Assembly (NCBI RefSeq): GCF_001186125.1
Contig: NW_014040433.1
Coordinates: 18,521-82,520, forward strand
Source of the DNA: Sphaeroforma arctica JP610
Taxonomy: Eukaryota
Length of the DNA stretch: 64,000 nt
Reading direction: 5' to 3'
Below, one piece after another: positions 26,142 through 39,351 of the stretch. The notes under the pieces are model-generated. The model ran no database searches and was not told the origin of the DNA. It saw only the letters and a list, made by a program, of their open reading frames with translations. A program made the position numbers and the translations under genes. Every line of letters starts with the position of its first letter. Positions within the stretch are counted from its first letter, which is position 1.

Positions 26142-29100
26142 CAAACATACCGGGTCTTGTCACTAAGACAAAAGGACGCACCTCAAGACGATCGTGTAAT
26201 TCTTGACATACGAGTTAACGGACATGAAATAAAAGCGATGTTAGATCCGGGCTCGCAAATTTCATGTATGTCTTTTAGATTCTGTAAAATGACAGACGTA
26301 ACTCGTAAGTCAGAGCCAACTATGTTGCAACTGGCTGATGAAAGAGAGATCACTTGCAGAGAAATGGCAATCGGTCTTAGGTTTACATTGACAGACCAAC
26401 GTACTATAGTTACTAAGGCAGTCATATGTAACACTTTACCAGACTATGATCTCATAGTAGGTATGAGTGATTTATTGTCATTAGGTATCCCAATTACAGG
26501 CTTACCTACTAACATTGAACCACAGAAGGATCAGTCGGCCGACAACTTGTTGAAACCGGTATATAAACCTTCGAAGACTGTGAAGGAGATGACCCCTCAC
26601 TTCACAGAGAAACTCAAGAACTTGATTTTCGAAAACGACAAGATTCAGATCACTGACTGGACTAAGTTCAAATTCAATAACGGATACGTTAGTCTAAACC
26701 TGACGAGAGTAGATTTCTCGAAGTTGAAGTGTCCTACACGTAACTATGTTGCATGGCGTCATGAGCAGGTCATACGAGAACAGGTTAAAGCATGGTTAGA
26801 TGACGGAGTGATCGCAGTCAACTACGAGCCGACTCCCGTCAACCTAGCGCTTTTAGCCGTCGACCAATTCAACTCTGACGGGATGCTGAAGAAAGTTCGG
26901 GTGTGTTTGGTAATGAGCCCGATTAACGCTTTGATACCGACACACAATTTTCATTTACCAAGGATAAACGAACAACTCAGGCGCATGGAGGGAGCTAAGA
27001 TATTCTCCACTATCGACCTGAAGGAGGGCTACCACCAGATGAAGATCTACAAACCATACCGGAAGTATTTCACCTTTACCTGGGAGGGTCAGCAATATTC
27101 GTTCAAAGGTACCCCCTGTGGGTTACACATGTTATCTGCGTTCTTTCAGCAAATTATGCAAGAGTTGTTTAGGGATATGGACAATGTACAAGTATACATT
27201 GATGACATTGTGGTATTCACCAAAACCAAAGAGGAGCGCGAAAGGGTTGTGAGAGAGGTTCTAGACAAACTCAACAAGCACAACTTCAAGGTCAACAGTA
27301 AGAAATGTCACTTCGGTGTTAACGAGATTCAGCTGTTGGGTTACCGAGTATCCGGGGATGGAATCATGATCGATCCCGGGAAGGTCGACCACTTGCTAGG
27401 CTGGAGAACTCCTACCACGGGTAAGGATGTCAACAGCATGTGCGGATTCGTCAACTTTTTGTCTGACGGAGTACCACACCTGGCAAGTTATTAAAAGCCC
27501 TTTGGACATCTGAGATGTCATAAAGGCAAACTAGGCGCACTGTGGACCAAAGACTGTGATGACGCATTCAAGCAGCTCAAAACAGTGGTACAGCAAGCAC
27601 CAGTAGGCGGCGTCTTGTATCAAATGATTGATGGGAAACCAAGATATGTACAGTTCTTTAGCAGGGCTATGAATTCGTCTTAGACCAATTACCAACCGTG
27701 CTACAAGAGCTTTTGGCTATTGTTACTGCACTCACTCATTTTAAGGACTATCTATATGGCACGCACTTTAACGTGCTATGAGATCAGATGTCATTGCAAC
27801 ACCTAAAGGACATGAAACCTAACTCACAGTTAGTCAGTCGGTGGCATGACACGATCGCGAAATTTTCTTTCGGCATAACACACATACCGGGTATTCACAA
27901 TCACCTACCCGACATGTTGTCTCGCTTCGTACCAGACTTTTAACAAGATGGTTAGGGAGTTACTAGCTACAGATTGGATGGCCAATCCTAGGTGGTTTAA
28001 GATCGCTGACAATATATATGGACCACATACCATAGATATGTTTGCCGCTCATCATAATGCGCAACTGCCGAGGTACCAGACACTGGAACATCCGGAAGGA
28101 GACGGATTCCAGATAGACTTGTCTCACGAGAATGCCTGTTCAAATCCTCCATGGCTATTAATACTACAGTTGGTAAATTATGTAAATATTCAAGATGCTA
28201 CCATCACGTTATGTTGTCCCCTAAGACACTCAGATAAATGACTACCACAGTTGATCTCAATGATACAATGTGAGCCGATCTATGTGTATAGAGAGGTAGA
28301 TACTTTTCTCTACCAGGGTACCCGTGCAGTCCAAAAGACGCCTTGGCGACATACTATAATATGTCGAATAGGTCCAGTTGGAACAACCAAGTGGACACCA
28401 TCCGAGACTTTCAAACAGAAGGTTGAGAAATCCAAGATTCCACTCTTGAATCCGAAGTCTCAATCAGAGACTGGGACAACACTAGCACTTGCAGTATGTG
28501 TTACCGAGATACAGCCAAATTCAAAGGAATCAAAGAGGAGCGCAACACTAGCGAAAGCCTTCTACAAAAAGATATGGTCTGCCAGGGAAACTGCACACCG
28601 AGCAGAAACTCGATTGCTTAAGCAATTGATGAATGACTTTTCTGAGGTATATGATCATGTGACTCAACTAATGGACAGATCAAACATTAGTCGGATTCAC
28701 GATGTAGAAGCTTTAGGCGAGATTGGACAAGACGAGTCTTCGAGTCCAGGTGATGACGCGGTGGAATCCTCACCTCCTGATTTCAATGTAACAAGTAGAT
28801 CACAGGAGGCGATTCTGAAGTGGTTAAGACAAAATCATGCTCTTAAGCACATGGATAAGGTTAGAACTGAGAAAGATTGCAAGAGGTACGGAATCGTACA
28901 CCCGAACCTCAAGCAATATATATCTCAGGTGTATCACGAATGTAACAACTGCGAAGTTAACCGGATCAAGCGCTACGGGTACGCACCTTTACGCAGCGTA
29001 TCAGAAGACGAGCCGTGGCGCCGGGATATCATTGATTTGGTTGAGCTACCCACGTCCGAATACACGAAGGATAAATATGTCTGTCACGTGTTTGATGTCG

Positions 29101-30228
29101 CATCAAGATATAATATATTATATCCGCTGAAAGATAAATCGACACAAACTGTGGCTGAGTGCATATATAAGTGCTTCGCAGATTTCGGCTGGCCAGCTAT
29201 TGTATGTTCCGACAACGGTTGTGAGTTTACAGGAGATGTCATGACGACACTGTTACTCGTTGCGGGATCAAGCCATAAGATGGGTGTACCTTACAAGCCT
29301 CAGACACAAGGTGCGAACGAGGTACGACACAGAAAAATGAAGGAGTTCATGTGAGGAGCACTACTTGATGATGCTGACATGTGGTCATACTCAATCATTT
29401 GGGTACAGACACAGATGAACGAATCTCTTGATTCAGTCACTGATACAACACCAGCTCACTATTTCCGGGGCCGTTATAGTGAATTACAGATCCCCTTATA
29501 ACAAGGAGTCTCAAGATGATCATGTGTTACCATGCTTAGAAAAGATGCGTCGGACCAGAGATGTGGTTTATCCTTGCTTAAGGGAGATGAAGGACATCGC
29601 TCTCAATATGAGACAAAAGCGGCGGAATGATACCAAGAAAATAGACGAGTTTGAGGTAGGCGATATAGTCAACATTATGGCTCGCAACTTCGATACAACT
29701 GTGCTTACGGCTAAATATATTGGACCATTTATGATCTCTGTGGCCGATAAGAAGAGCGGAACGTATGAATTTAACAACGTTGACGGCTCTATAAATACCG
29801 GGTCACATCGAATCCCTACGACACAGATAATCCTTCGTCGCACACGTGAAGCTACTACACCTCTTATGTCTTACGAGTTTAAGAAGATTTTAAGGAAGTA
29901 CAAACATGAGGATATGACATATTACACTGCGGAGTTCGACGATGGAGCACAGTTTGATCTTCCACCATCAGCATTTGATGATCCGGATGTACTAAAGGCT
30001 TTTAATAAGAAGTTTCGCAAACGCTTACACAAAAATAAGGCTGATGTAGAAACAATCTTACCATCGAATAAGCGACCCGAAGTGGTTAAGATCTATCCAC
30101 AGACATCATACATTCCCAGCTTTAAACAGCATAGAATGTACGTACCTCCAATAGGCATTAAGAAACGTCCCATCCACCATCGGGGACCACAAGGACCAAA
30201 GCCCAAACGTAATAGAGTAGCCGAGTAA
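26142..30228 (+). pseudogene. pol: pol of element B (PR, RT, RNase H with the TDAS segment deleted near 27603, MTase-like domain, integrase, GPF, chromodomain-like)
   Basis: MLDPGS; IDLKEGYHQ; VYIDD; NPPW; HALKH..CNNC; IIDL, SDNGCEF, QGANE; KYIGPF; YEFKKILRK. Confidence 0.92.
27972..28380 (+). other. N6-adenine DNA methyltransferase-like domain in pol of B
   Basis: TDWMANPRWF..YGPHTIDMFAAHHNAQL..DGF..NACSNPPW (28143-28154)..CCPLRHSDK* (W codon changed to stop). Confidence 0.87.
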
Positions 30229-30412
30229 CTTATAACGTCTATGTATACTTTGTCTAAGAGAATATAACATAAGCATTGAGGCTGTTATATGATCGAAACC
30301 CGTTTCTTTTCTTTCCGCTTTTACAATTCATGTGAGCTTTTTGAGTCTATGTGCTAATACCACGTATAAGCCAATATTGTAATTTTCAAGCTGAGGGGGG
30401 GGGGGGGGGCTA

Positions 30413-31315
30413 AGTAAAAATAGCTGGTTCCTAATAGTAGTTGCACAGTTAACGTATTTTATAAATGTAATAACGTATTACCGTTTATACTTATGATACA
30501 GGAATATGTTTAACGAATTGGATATTAACAAGAACTGAGAAATTCAATATTCTGTATATGTGACAGTACTCAGTAGAGTATGGGACTCTACTGTGGACAA
30601 TTAGGTGGCTTTCCGAATATAGATTGGTTTTTCCACTGAAATTAGAATTGTACATAATATAGGAACGAGACTAATCTGACACCTGAAAATGACACTCTGG
30701 GAATCTCTAATTAATGGGAGTACCATGAGAGAGGATCTCAGGCATGAAATGGTTGTTGGTACAAACCTATGGTGTAATTCGATACTGATCTCAGAGCAAG
30801 ATAATCCACTGAGAAAAGGACAGGATCAAAGTTGTTAGAATTTAGGACAACATGGTTTTGATTCCTCCTAGCCAGCCAACTAGATATGCCCGTCTATGCA
30901 TTAAATGGGATGGGGAGCTAGGTACCAAGTGATGGGGTTTAGGTGCAGATGTATACTGCACCAGCTTGGTGTTTTGATTTGATTTTTGATTTTCTTAAGT
31001 TGGACTTAGAGGTATTTCATTGGTTAGTTTGATTGAGTGATTGTTTCGATGCGTGAAATGTAAACTATGCGTCCAATGTAGTGATATCTAGTCTTGTTAA
31101 CTAAAACATAAATAAATCTAGACCGAAGTAGTGAGTGATTAGAGCGGAATATATAGACAATAGTCCCAGTATAAAACCCCCTAATCTTTTGCTCATTACC
31201 AAAGGCTGAAGCTAAACTTATTTAACATTTTGCATTTTATCGTAATAACGGATTGTCTTGTTAACGTAAACGTCTTGGTATCGTATAGTCAGCCTAGAGG
31301 AGACCGACTTTTACA
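30413..31315 (+). repeat. 3' LTR of element B (~900 bp)
   Basis: Follows the PPT with the same spacing as in A (AGTAAAAA in place of TGTAAAAA); ends GACCGACTTTTACA followed by the TSD. Confidence 0.8.
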
Positions 31316-31475
31316 CTGGGCAGAAAATCATCATATCGCTGGTTCTTATATCGGACACATTCATGTATTGCACACTTCCGCACACTGCACGTGATCTGTC
31401 GATAGGAACCCTGCTCGCATTCGATGCCATCACTATCACTTCTCACCACGAACGTATATTTGCAGATCCACATAG
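31316..31475 (-). pseudogene. N-terminal Zn-binding DNA-binding segment of the MULE transposase relic
   Basis: WICKYTFVVR...CAIHEC resembles the MULE C...HxC domain; the frame continues through the CTGG target site into RSAVIRRRWRQPEF at 23281. Confidence 0.55.
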
Positions 31476-31545
31476 CTAAAAATTACGCTTGCTATGAATC
31501 ATGGATTTATTTATTTTTGTTATTAAGGACAATTGTTCAGCTGCC

Positions 31546-31988
31546 ATGCAAGTGAACGAACACTCGCAACAGCCAACTGCAATCGTTCCCGAGCGTAGGC
31601 CATAAAGCGTAGTTGAGTATAAACTCCATATAATGTAGCATCTAGGTACCAGGAAAAGCAAAAGCTGGAACTAACACCACAGAATTCCCAAATCGGAAGT
31701 TTCAGGAAAGTCGGTATGAAACAGTGTTGCCTAGTAAGAGGAACACTCAAGTAAAAACTGAGTCCAGTGAGAAAATGCAAGTGAACGAACACTCTCAACA
31801 GCCAACTGCAATCATTCCCGAGCGTAGGCCATAAAGCGTAGTTGAGTATAAACTCCATATAATGTAGCATCTAGGTACCAGGAAAAGCAAAAGCTGGAAC
31901 TAACACCACAGAATTCCCAAATCAGGAGTTTCAGGAAAGTCGATAGGAAACAGTGTTGCCTAGTAAGAGGAACACCCAAGTAAAAACT
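31546..31988. repeat. Tandem duplication, ~229-bp unit x2
   Basis: Copies start at 31546 and 31775. Confidence 0.92.
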
Positions 31989-32117
31989 TACAATAAGTAG
32001 TGAAGAGAGACAGGAATACACGAATGTGTGGAGGAGACGACAAGCAGGACCTCCAGCGAGGCTACGAATAGTGAGTGTACCAGACACACCGAGGTTTTGG
32101 GGACATGGCCATGACGA

Positions 32118-32549
32118 GGAAATGAACGAAGAACATTGGACAGGGGAAGCTTGCTATGGACAAGGTAAGTCGCTATGGATAACAAGGAGACGTGCAACAA
32201 TACACTGAAATATAGGTGGAATCTATAGGCAGATGAGTGTTGCTAGGAAGGTGTGAACATTAGGAATGAACAAATATGAAGTAATGTACATGAGGGGTGT
32301 GATAAGGGATCAGTAGATTTTAGTGGTACGTATGGAAATGAACGAAGAACATTGGACAGGGGAAGCTTGCTATGGACAAGGTAAGTCGCTATGGATAACA
32401 AGGAGACGTGCAACAATACACTGAAATATAGGTGGAATCTATAGGCAGATGAGTGTTGCTAGGAAGGTGTGAACATTAGGAATGAACAAATATGAAGTAG
32501 TGTACATGAGGGGTGTGATAAGGGATCAGTAGATTTTAGTGGTACGTAT
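32118..32549. repeat. Tandem duplication, 216-bp unit x2
   Basis: Copies start at 32118 and 32334, near-identical. Confidence 0.92.
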
Positions 32550-32997
32550 ATGGAAGTGAAGCATTGTGTATTGGCCTCGTATAAGTGTAACATGCGATAG
32601 CGACTAGTTATGAGCAGCATAAGTGTAGAAGTAGAGGTATGAGAAGAATACCACAAAATTCGACATGAGACACGTAATAGCATCACATTGTGGAACATGC
32701 GCGACAGAACAGCTGTCAGCGAAGAAGTAAGAGGAGCAAGAGATGCAGGATGGATGGAATAGAGAAAGAATAGGTAGACAACACGTACGGTCGGGACTAG
32801 AATAAGTAATAGATAGAACGAGTATGTATACAGATGAAGCACGTGCGACAATAGGGGGAGCATGACACGTGCGACCAAAGGGGGGGCATGAGTCTAAAGC
32901 AAAGAGTGATGAATGAGAGTTACTCCATGCAATTAATCTGCACGAGGAGTAGTGAGTCCATGGGCTCTGGGAATAGGCAGTTGTAATTGAGAAGTAT

Positions 32998-34014
32998 ATG
33001 TGTGTCAAGAGAGGTTATCTGAGGACCAGCGAGGGGGGGGCAGACAAACCAGTTCGGGCGAATCAGACAATGCTGCAGCAAGCCCTAGTGACTCACCAGA
33101 ACCGGTTGAGACAAGGCGAGAGTTCAGCACCGCCGAGCGAAAGCAACGAGTCGTCCCCTCCGAGCGCCCACACCTGGCGAGGTAGTGATAGGGGACAGGA
33201 GCGTCAGAATGACGGCGGCAGGGTTCTACACCAACAAGGACAGACTCGACCTCGTCAGAAGCGACGCCCTTACCGTCAGAGCCGTCAACACGGGAGCAAT
33301 GCGCAATCCAAGACGGATCAGCTACTGCAGAAACAGCAAAAATTGCTGGATAGATATGAGCAGCGGCTGCAACACCTTCAGCGGCAGGCAGAGAGACCTC
33401 GAGGAGGTCCGACCACTATTTCTCCAGATCAGGGCCAAGAGGAGAGTATTAGTACCAGTCAGCCGCCGGAGCCAGTTGGGGAAAATGAACGTTTAGAGTT
33501 CAGGATTCCAGGCAGTGCGGCTAGATACGGAGTCGGATACCAAGCCCCAGCCCAAGGGATGGGACCTCAAGACTCAGATACACCACGGGCAGCGATCTCC
33601 CTACAAGATTCTGCACATGCGCAGCAAAGAGCAGCACAAGACCCTCATGGGCCGGAGGCGCTGGATAACCGTCGTGATCGATTATCCGAGACGGTTCATT
33701 CTCAGCAACAGAATCGACGATTCGAGGCGGAGGCACTACGAGACTCGATAACCGAACACACGGTGTTATCGACCCCTACGACACAGGTATCCTCACCAAC
33801 GGCTGGTGACAAGGTGACCCCTCCGAGACCGGAATGTATTGCGGCGGATCGCCAAGCGCTTCATGCACGGATGCTCCGACTATCGGAAGAATTGTGCAGA
33901 GCGGTTGAGGCAGACGAGGTAAATCGTTTCCTATTGTCGTATCTTTCCAGCCATTCTCATACTCTACGAGTGGCTTGCAAAAATACTAAGACGCCTATAA
34001 AGAGATTCGTATAA
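32998..34014 (+). CDS. Q/R/S-rich low-complexity ORF with coiled coil; possibly the truncated gag N-terminus of another retroelement
   Basis: 338 open codons of higher GC after a purine-rich leader; no diagnostic motif. Confidence 0.35.
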   Translation: MCVKRGYLRTSEGGADKPVRANQTMLQQALVTHQNRLRQGESSAPPSESNESSPPSAHTWRGSDRGQERQNDGGRVLHQQGQTRPRQKRRPYRQSRQHGSNAQSKTDQLLQKQQKLLDRYEQRLQHLQRQAERPRGGPTTISPDQGQEESISTSQPPEPVGENERLEFRIPGSAARYGVGYQAPAQGMGPQDSDTPRAAISLQDSAHAQQRAAQDPHGPEALDNRRDRLSETVHSQQQNRRFEAEALRDSITEHTVLSTPTTQVSSPTAGDKVTPPRPECIAADRQALHARMLRLSEELCRAVEADEVNRFLLSYLSSHSHTLRVACKNTKTPIKRFV

Positions 34015-37000
34015 GGACGTGTGTATCTGTATTGCTAGTGAGCTGGTCAGAATCCCTTAAATGTATTCGAACGGAAACCTTTTTGTTTTTATTAATTTTA
34101 AGGTCAACATATAATCATCCACATCATAGAACAATTTATTCACAGAGAAAGAGTTTCGTTATATTCTGTTAATGTGGTGGTTGTAATTTGCCCTTTCAAA
34201 TTTATATACCGAACTGTACAGGCATTGTGATCTAAATAAAGTTGATAAGTGGTGATTGAAACGTATATCAAATTAATTTTCCTAAATCTGGTGTGCAATA
34301 AACGGCAAAGACATCTGAAAAATTCTTATCGAGCTTGTTCTCTGTATCAGATCGGGACTCGAGAATATATTCCACGCGCTCCCAACATGATGGGTTCGGT
34401 TGTGCTAATTTCTAATTTTATTGTACGCAGTTTTTCAGAGATATTGAAAGCATTGATCATGTTCTAATTCGCGATACCAGAGCTTACCCCGAAATCGAAG
34501 TTGGACCACGAATGCAGTTGATTGACAATAAACACGTGGTTAGACCTTATTTATAGACACGGCGAAAATGAAAGAAATTGGTAAAGGCTTAATATTCAAG
34601 GCCAGGAATTTGATCACAAGGTTAAGCAGAAAGACTTCACAAAGGTCGAATGGAACAAAAATTGCAGTTAGCTCACTCTTTCTCAATTCGCCATTTTTCA
34701 ATAAGATTGTTTTCTCTACCTTCAGTCGCATCTGCTACTCCATCTCGTACCTGTATAGGTCTTTACAGTGTGTAACCACGATCTAATCTATTCAGATGCA
34801 TGAATCACTGGTATATGTACTGAATTGAGTAAACCTCCTTTTTATGCACAGGCCCTATAATTTAAGAAATACTATATGTTGCATGTATGCTTACCGTGCT
34901 ACTGTGTAATCTATTTTTATCTTGATTATTACCTTGACCCAAGTTTATCATTCTAGTTTGGTGCTCGCTTCGTAGGCCTACGATATAAGATAACGCTGCT
35001 TTTACATAGTCTTTCAAGCCTCCACCTGTTTCTTCTACAGTTGAATTTGTTAACCGTGAGCCACGTTAAATACCTGCATTTTGTATATAAACAATGTAGT
35101 TACTTGTTGTGCCCCTCAATGGCTAGAATAATGTGGAAACGAGCTACACTCTATTGTTCCCTTTCACAAAAACACAGACTTGTCTCTTCGGCAACTGACA
35201 ACTGATGAAATAGCTAGGCATACAAGCATTGATGGCAGCCAATCGAACAATGTTAAATTGCTGTAGCCTATTCCTGTATTGAAGATCGTCAAAGGGGAAA
35301 TATTTCGATACATGCAGCATTTAATACGTGTTAAGTAGCAACAAGACGTTATAGATCTTATCTATGTACCTTCTAAAAAGTATGAAGAATTGCTATACCA
35401 GATCGTTCTATGTGCGGAAAGTACTATTTTAATGCAATCCAGTAAATAAGTCGTTTGTATGCTACTATGCCACCTCATAAACAAGTACTAATTTCAATTC
35501 ACTATTGATATATGGTTATCGTATTCAATAATGATCACAACCATGACTAAAAATGCGTGTACAAAACTGTATTCACTTGTGAAATCAATCACGGTTTAAA
35601 GCGACAATGCTGGCACGTTCTCCGCGATCGAGAACTTCAATAACCGACTCTATGTATTGTACACGTTGCAAATTTTGGCAAAAGACTTACTGTATGCTGA
35701 GGGGGTGGGGGGGGGACGGACTAGAGCTCGATGGACTTCTAGTATGCACAAACGAGCTTGTGCACACGAACAGATGCATGGACGACTATGGTGTATGTCT
35801 ACACAGATAGGGTCAAAAAGAAAAGAGAAGGTAGGCAAAATGCTGGCGTAGAGCTGTACCACATTGTTGTGGTACACATGAACACCATTCACACGAGTAC
35901 ATTTTAAAATATTTACAGCATACCGATTAATACAGGATAAACGATGGGGGAACTTAGCACTGCGAATTGGAACTCGCGACATACATGACAAAATCCTCAA
36001 TAAGAAAATATGACTCCCCCGCCTCCCCACCACCCCTCCCAAATGTAGAAGACTATGTACTGGTCCCATTAAGAAGAAGTGTTTGGGCGGAACGGTGGAG
36101 ATGCTAAGCAAAGAAGGCAAAAATATGCATTCTAAGATGAAACTGGTTCAATAAAGGTATAGTTGTCATGTGTGCTATTCGAGAACTCGTAGATTAGAAC
36201 TCGAAGATTTGAAAAAGCTGCGATAATATCGTAACAATATTATGCGTGAATCTAAATCCAAACATCTACAACAGTAAGGTGTTTGCCGGACAGCCAGAGA
36301 TAACATAAAAGTGTATATTGATCAATATGCAGGTTGCCCCTGAAATGGGAGTATTGCTCACAAAATGGTTCAAGCAGTGTATGGAGAATGCAATCAAAAT
36401 ATCAAATGAGAAAGCACAAGACAATTGGATGAAGACTGAACAGAAAGTATATATGCACAGTTGAGATATACAAATCAGCCTAAACCATAGCCGCTGTGTC
36501 TTTAAAAGCCACATTCGGGCCTGGGCATTAGCAGTGTACATGATTCTTTCATACTACCTATCAACCTATGCGGCAAAACTCAAGCGAAGGTGATAAAGGC
36601 TACATCCTCTTCGAAACATACCAAGCTATGCGTACAAAACACATTCCCAAATGGCAGTATAGCAATAGTGGAGGGTAGAGAGCAAATAACAAGCAGTGCA
36701 TCAACACAAGAGTGAGAATAGCAAGCAGCAACACGTGAGAGAGAACACCAAACAGAAACACTTGGGAGAGAGCAACAAGTCAAGTGGGCCAACATCAGTC
36801 TGCAGTACCAAAAAGAAATTTAATCAATACCACACCACATGCAATATTAACCACGAATGGAAGAAACAGTTGTATATTTAAAAACATTTTGTACGATAAA
36901 AAATAGCCTTTATCAAGCACAGGAAGAGCAATTCTACCTAACAGTAAGCTGGGTTCCATCAACTGTTTTAAAAATAAACCAGATGTACGTCCCACCCATA

Positions 37001-39351
37001 ACATCGAGTGAACCCGATTTGAAGTGCGTAGGAAAACTTGCCTACTAAATAAGTTTTTATTGTGTACCTGCATGTGTATTGTATACATACTTGCTCTATA
37101 GACATACTGGCGGAGAACGTATTGAATAACTCGATAGAAGTAAATAAACGACGAGGACAAGGTGCAATGGTGTAGCATCTAGGGACCAGATTATCAACAA
37201 GCCAATACAAATCCCAAAACCTCATAATAATCAAATATTGAGTTTTGAAATTAGGATTCAAATATTTCTGATATTAGAGTCATCTGAAAAATAAACAGTA
37301 GAACCGGCAAGCTATACAGGGACTCCGCGTGTGAGAGAAACACTCAAGTATAAAACCTGAGTCTAGTGAAATAGAAAACACAAATAAAGACTCGGTTCGA
37401 TTATCTCAGACTGGGACTTTTCCTAGCTGAGATAACCGTGCTTGAGAAGCGGTCTATTGTACCCTTTGGCTCGTACTTTTCAGCTACTCTCCATACGCTA
37501 CATTTTTTTTAACAATATCCTTACTTAGATAAGTCAGATAGAAACAAACCTCACTTAAGGTGAGAAACTAGTAGTGTTTTGAGCAGAAAGAGGTCAGTTA
37601 AAAACCTCACACAAATTACTGTATTCAGCGTTAAGCAAGTATAATCCATAAAGAAGCAGTGACGGAGCTCCAGACCGTAACAAGGCGAAACCGGGAGACT
37701 ACCAGTGAGTCTGAGAAACAAGTGGGTCGGAGGAAATTAGAAGCTGGACCCCAGAAACAGGCAAGAAGCGGTCCCATGAAATCTCTGGTATCCGAGAAGG
37801 AGTAGGGTAAGGTTTGGGGGAGTTTCAGTGCCGTCTAGTGACAAATAGAAGAGAAACCACCCAAAAGTGTCAAGGTGATGAGTTCTTCAATGTTGAGATA
37901 TTCTGTGTGAAAATTGTGGAGTGCCACTGTGATTTTCAAATAAGAAAATTTTAGTAGGTTAGAACACCCCACTAAGGAAATGAAGAAAGACTAGTAAACG
38001 TACCCGACAGTCCAGATAGGGATAGAACAGGCAGGCACACCCAACCAACAGTGGTGGGAGGAATAAGGTGAGGTTCAGTGAGTAGAATCGCACTTATAGA
38101 CAAAAGCATAGAAAGAAGACAGTCAACATTTCGATAAGAAACGCACGTAGGCATCCAATTCGCAATAATACAGGTGAGGATTCTAATTTGGTCTGCTTAT
38201 GTAGATTGGCAAGTGTACTACTGCAAGTAAAGAGAAACTAGAACACAGAATACACAAGGTTTTCTTAGCCTATCCTCTAGAAACACAGAGAGGGCATCAA
38301 ATTCATGAGCAATCGATGAGACCACCAAATTTAGCTCAAAAAAGGGAATGCTGACTATCACACCTAATACTACAAGTACAGAGCAATCAAGGAAGAGTGA
38401 ATACCAAGACTCTCTTTATACCAAGAACATCAGTATCCTAGTTTGGGACCAGAAGTTTACAAATATACGTGGGTCAGCGGATGAAATTACCTCAAATGAC
38501 GTGTAACAGAACATCTCTGGACAATCATACCACAGGTGGCTACCAACGTATAACAGAACATATATCACGACTACAAAGAGAAGTATAACAAACGCTTGAA
38601 CATACAAAGGTTGTAAGGCGTAAAATTCAAGTGATAAGTCAAGGTCGAATCCTCAACATCTCATAGTAGCATAACATTGACAAATAATAGAAAGTAGTAC
38701 ACATGCTTCATGGAAGACAATAGCACGAGATTTATAACACATGACTAATGAATGATACACGTCAAGTGATACAACATTTAGCATGATAAAATCAAAAGCA
38801 CCAGTGTGGCTTGCAACCAGAAGACACATAAGCATTGAGACATCACATCCAAGTGACATTAAAAACACAAGACACAAAATAGCAAATCACAAACAAACAG
38901 TTTGAAATAACATAATCACAATCTGACAATGCAACCACAGTACAGTTGATCAAGAACAACAAAAAACCTGATCGAGCACGCTAAGAGCTCAATAGATAAA
39001 AAAATTACTAGAGCATCAAGATTACTAGTTGGGGCTCATAGCAACAGCAAGAAAGTAACCGACGAAAATCCAAGATACATAATAAGTGTAACATGCGGAT
39101 AACAAACACACCGAGTAATATCTAGCTAAGGGTGCACCACTACAAAAAGATACTGAAACAACATATGCGCAGGCGCATTCGCACACAATTCAGGTAATAA
39201 CACTTTAAATGGAAGAGGTATTGATCACAAGACTACTCTACAGTGTGCAACACAATGACACAAAAAGACAAACATAGGTTAGACGAACCCACAATTCAAT
39301 GGGGTCGGCAAACACACCAAACATAGATGCGAATCAAAAGTCACACATGTT

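Larger units (their letters stand above)
23282..31315 (+). mobile_element. Ty3/gypsy chromovirus-like LTR retrotransposon B (relative of A), with its 5' LTR collapsed to 25 bp
   Basis: 4-bp TSD CTGG (23278-23281 / 31316-31319), TGTAAAA...TTTTACA ends, poly-G PPT (~30389-30410), gag-pol collinear with A. Confidence 0.92.

Noticed and set aside
34249..34786. Possible hAT transposase remnant (APNMMG)
   Set aside because: Single weak motif; no CxxH or RW motifs confidently recovered
37786..37796. TGGTATCCGAG as tRNA-Met PBS of element C
   Set aside because: Not adjacent to a CA LTR end and no paired LTR in the window; cannot be supported
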